DNA of 64,000 nucleotides, taken from contig CAWCCB010000001.1 in assembly GCA_963793965.1 (NCBI GenBank), positions 125,071 to 189,070 of the forward strand, in the 5' to 3' direction. Made by a program: the position numbers and the translations under genes. This DNA is from an uncultured Microthrixaceae bacterium (GTDB lineage: Bacteria; Actinomycetota; Acidimicrobiia; Acidimicrobiales; Acidimicrobilacustridaceae). Shown one piece after another: positions 63,761 through 64,000 of the stretch (position 1 is its first letter; each line of letters starts with the position of its first letter). A model generated the notes under the pieces. The model saw only the letters and a list, made by a program, of their open reading frames with translations, did not search any database and was not told where the DNA came from.

Positions 63761-64000
63761 GACGTCTCCACCAGGGCCACCGCGTAGCAGGCGATGCCCT
63801 CGCCCCGACCGATGGCACCGAGGCCCTCGGCCCGGTTGGCCTTGACCGAGACCGGGGCGCCCACCGCCGAGCTCAGCCGCTCCTCCATCTCGACCCGGTG
63901 CGGGGCCACCTTGGGCGCCTCCAGCACCACCGCGCAGTCCACGTTGACCGGCTGCCAGCCCTGCGCCCGCACCCGTTCACAGGCCGAACGCAACAGCACC
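63757..64000 (-). CDS. ispF: 2-C-methyl-D-erythritol 2,4-cyclodiphosphate synthase IspF, C-terminal part (gene continues beyond window end)
   Basis: …GWQPVNVDCAVVLEAPKVAPHRVEMEERLSSAVGAPVSVKANRAEGLGAIGRGEGIACYAVALVETS*. Confidence 0.75.
   Translation of the reverse strand, partial: VLLRSACERVRAQGWQPVNVDCAVVLEAPKVAPHRVEMEERLSSAVGAPVSVKANRAEGLGAIGRGEGIACYAVALVETS

Overview
High-GC (~70%) actinobacterial chromosomal window, inferred from gene content (gpgS, otsAB, glnK-glnD, hemQ, LMW-PTP arsC, PAC2, DUF3263) and frequent GTG starts. The window is gene-dense on both strands.

**Main blocks**
- **213-5926:** minus-strand cluster of secreted or surface proteins. It contains a DUF916/DUF3324-like protein, a protein with Fn3 repeats and a C-terminal WxL domain, a small membrane-anchored paralog sharing a novel 4-Cys domain, and a divergent PstS-like binding protein.
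- **6172-10928:** an intact arsenic-resistance island. Gene order is an ArsR-ArsC fusion, an AqpS-like aquaglyceroporin, arsC, an arsC paralog with an N-terminal extension, a divergent arsR, an ArsI-like C-As lyase and ACR3.
- **10982-15560:** a pstC-pstA-pstB-pstS operon with unusual gene order. All four genes are linked by 4-nt stop/start overlaps, and PstS carries a C-terminal membrane anchor.
- **16658-22469:** a lipid/glycoconjugate cluster (PAP2, GT4, PIG-L deacetylase, LPG-synthase-TM-like protein) followed by a DUF11 surface protein.
- **22581-25064:** divergent MarR and DrrAB-like ABC transporter genes.
- **26235-28408:** ECF sigma factor, anti-sigma factor and a cupin.
- **30186-32937:** a NrtR-like regulator whose palindromic operator-like sites precede an SPFH / NAD-kinase-like gene pair.
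- **37247-41287:** a CoADR-like oxidoreductase, glnK and glnD apparently forming one coupled operon.
- **43571-50030:** hemQ, fdhD, groEL with an upstream CIRCE element, and a MoaD-like gene.
- **50135-56584:** a large arylsulfatase, then gpgS, glycerate kinase, otsA and otsB.
- **57852-57925:** tRNA-Thr(TGT), preceded by two tandem copies of a ~93-bp repeat. A third, inverted copy lies at ~61986.
- **59745-64000:** a CoxL/XDH-type molybdoenzyme, rlmB and a partial ispF.

**Caveat.** Many genes can only be reconstructed by switching reading frame at single-base indels in G/C homopolymers or GC repeats. I verified this at nucleotide level for pstS, pstB, pstA, pstC, the GT4, MarR, GNAT, EthD, DUF6325 and the ECF sigma, among others. 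This pattern most plausibly reflects assembly or sequencing error, though pseudogenisation cannot be excluded. Coordinates for those genes span the frames as reconstructed, and their stop positions are less certain. The window also contains long Arg/Pro/Gly-rich ORFs antisense to real genes, which are GC-frame artefacts.
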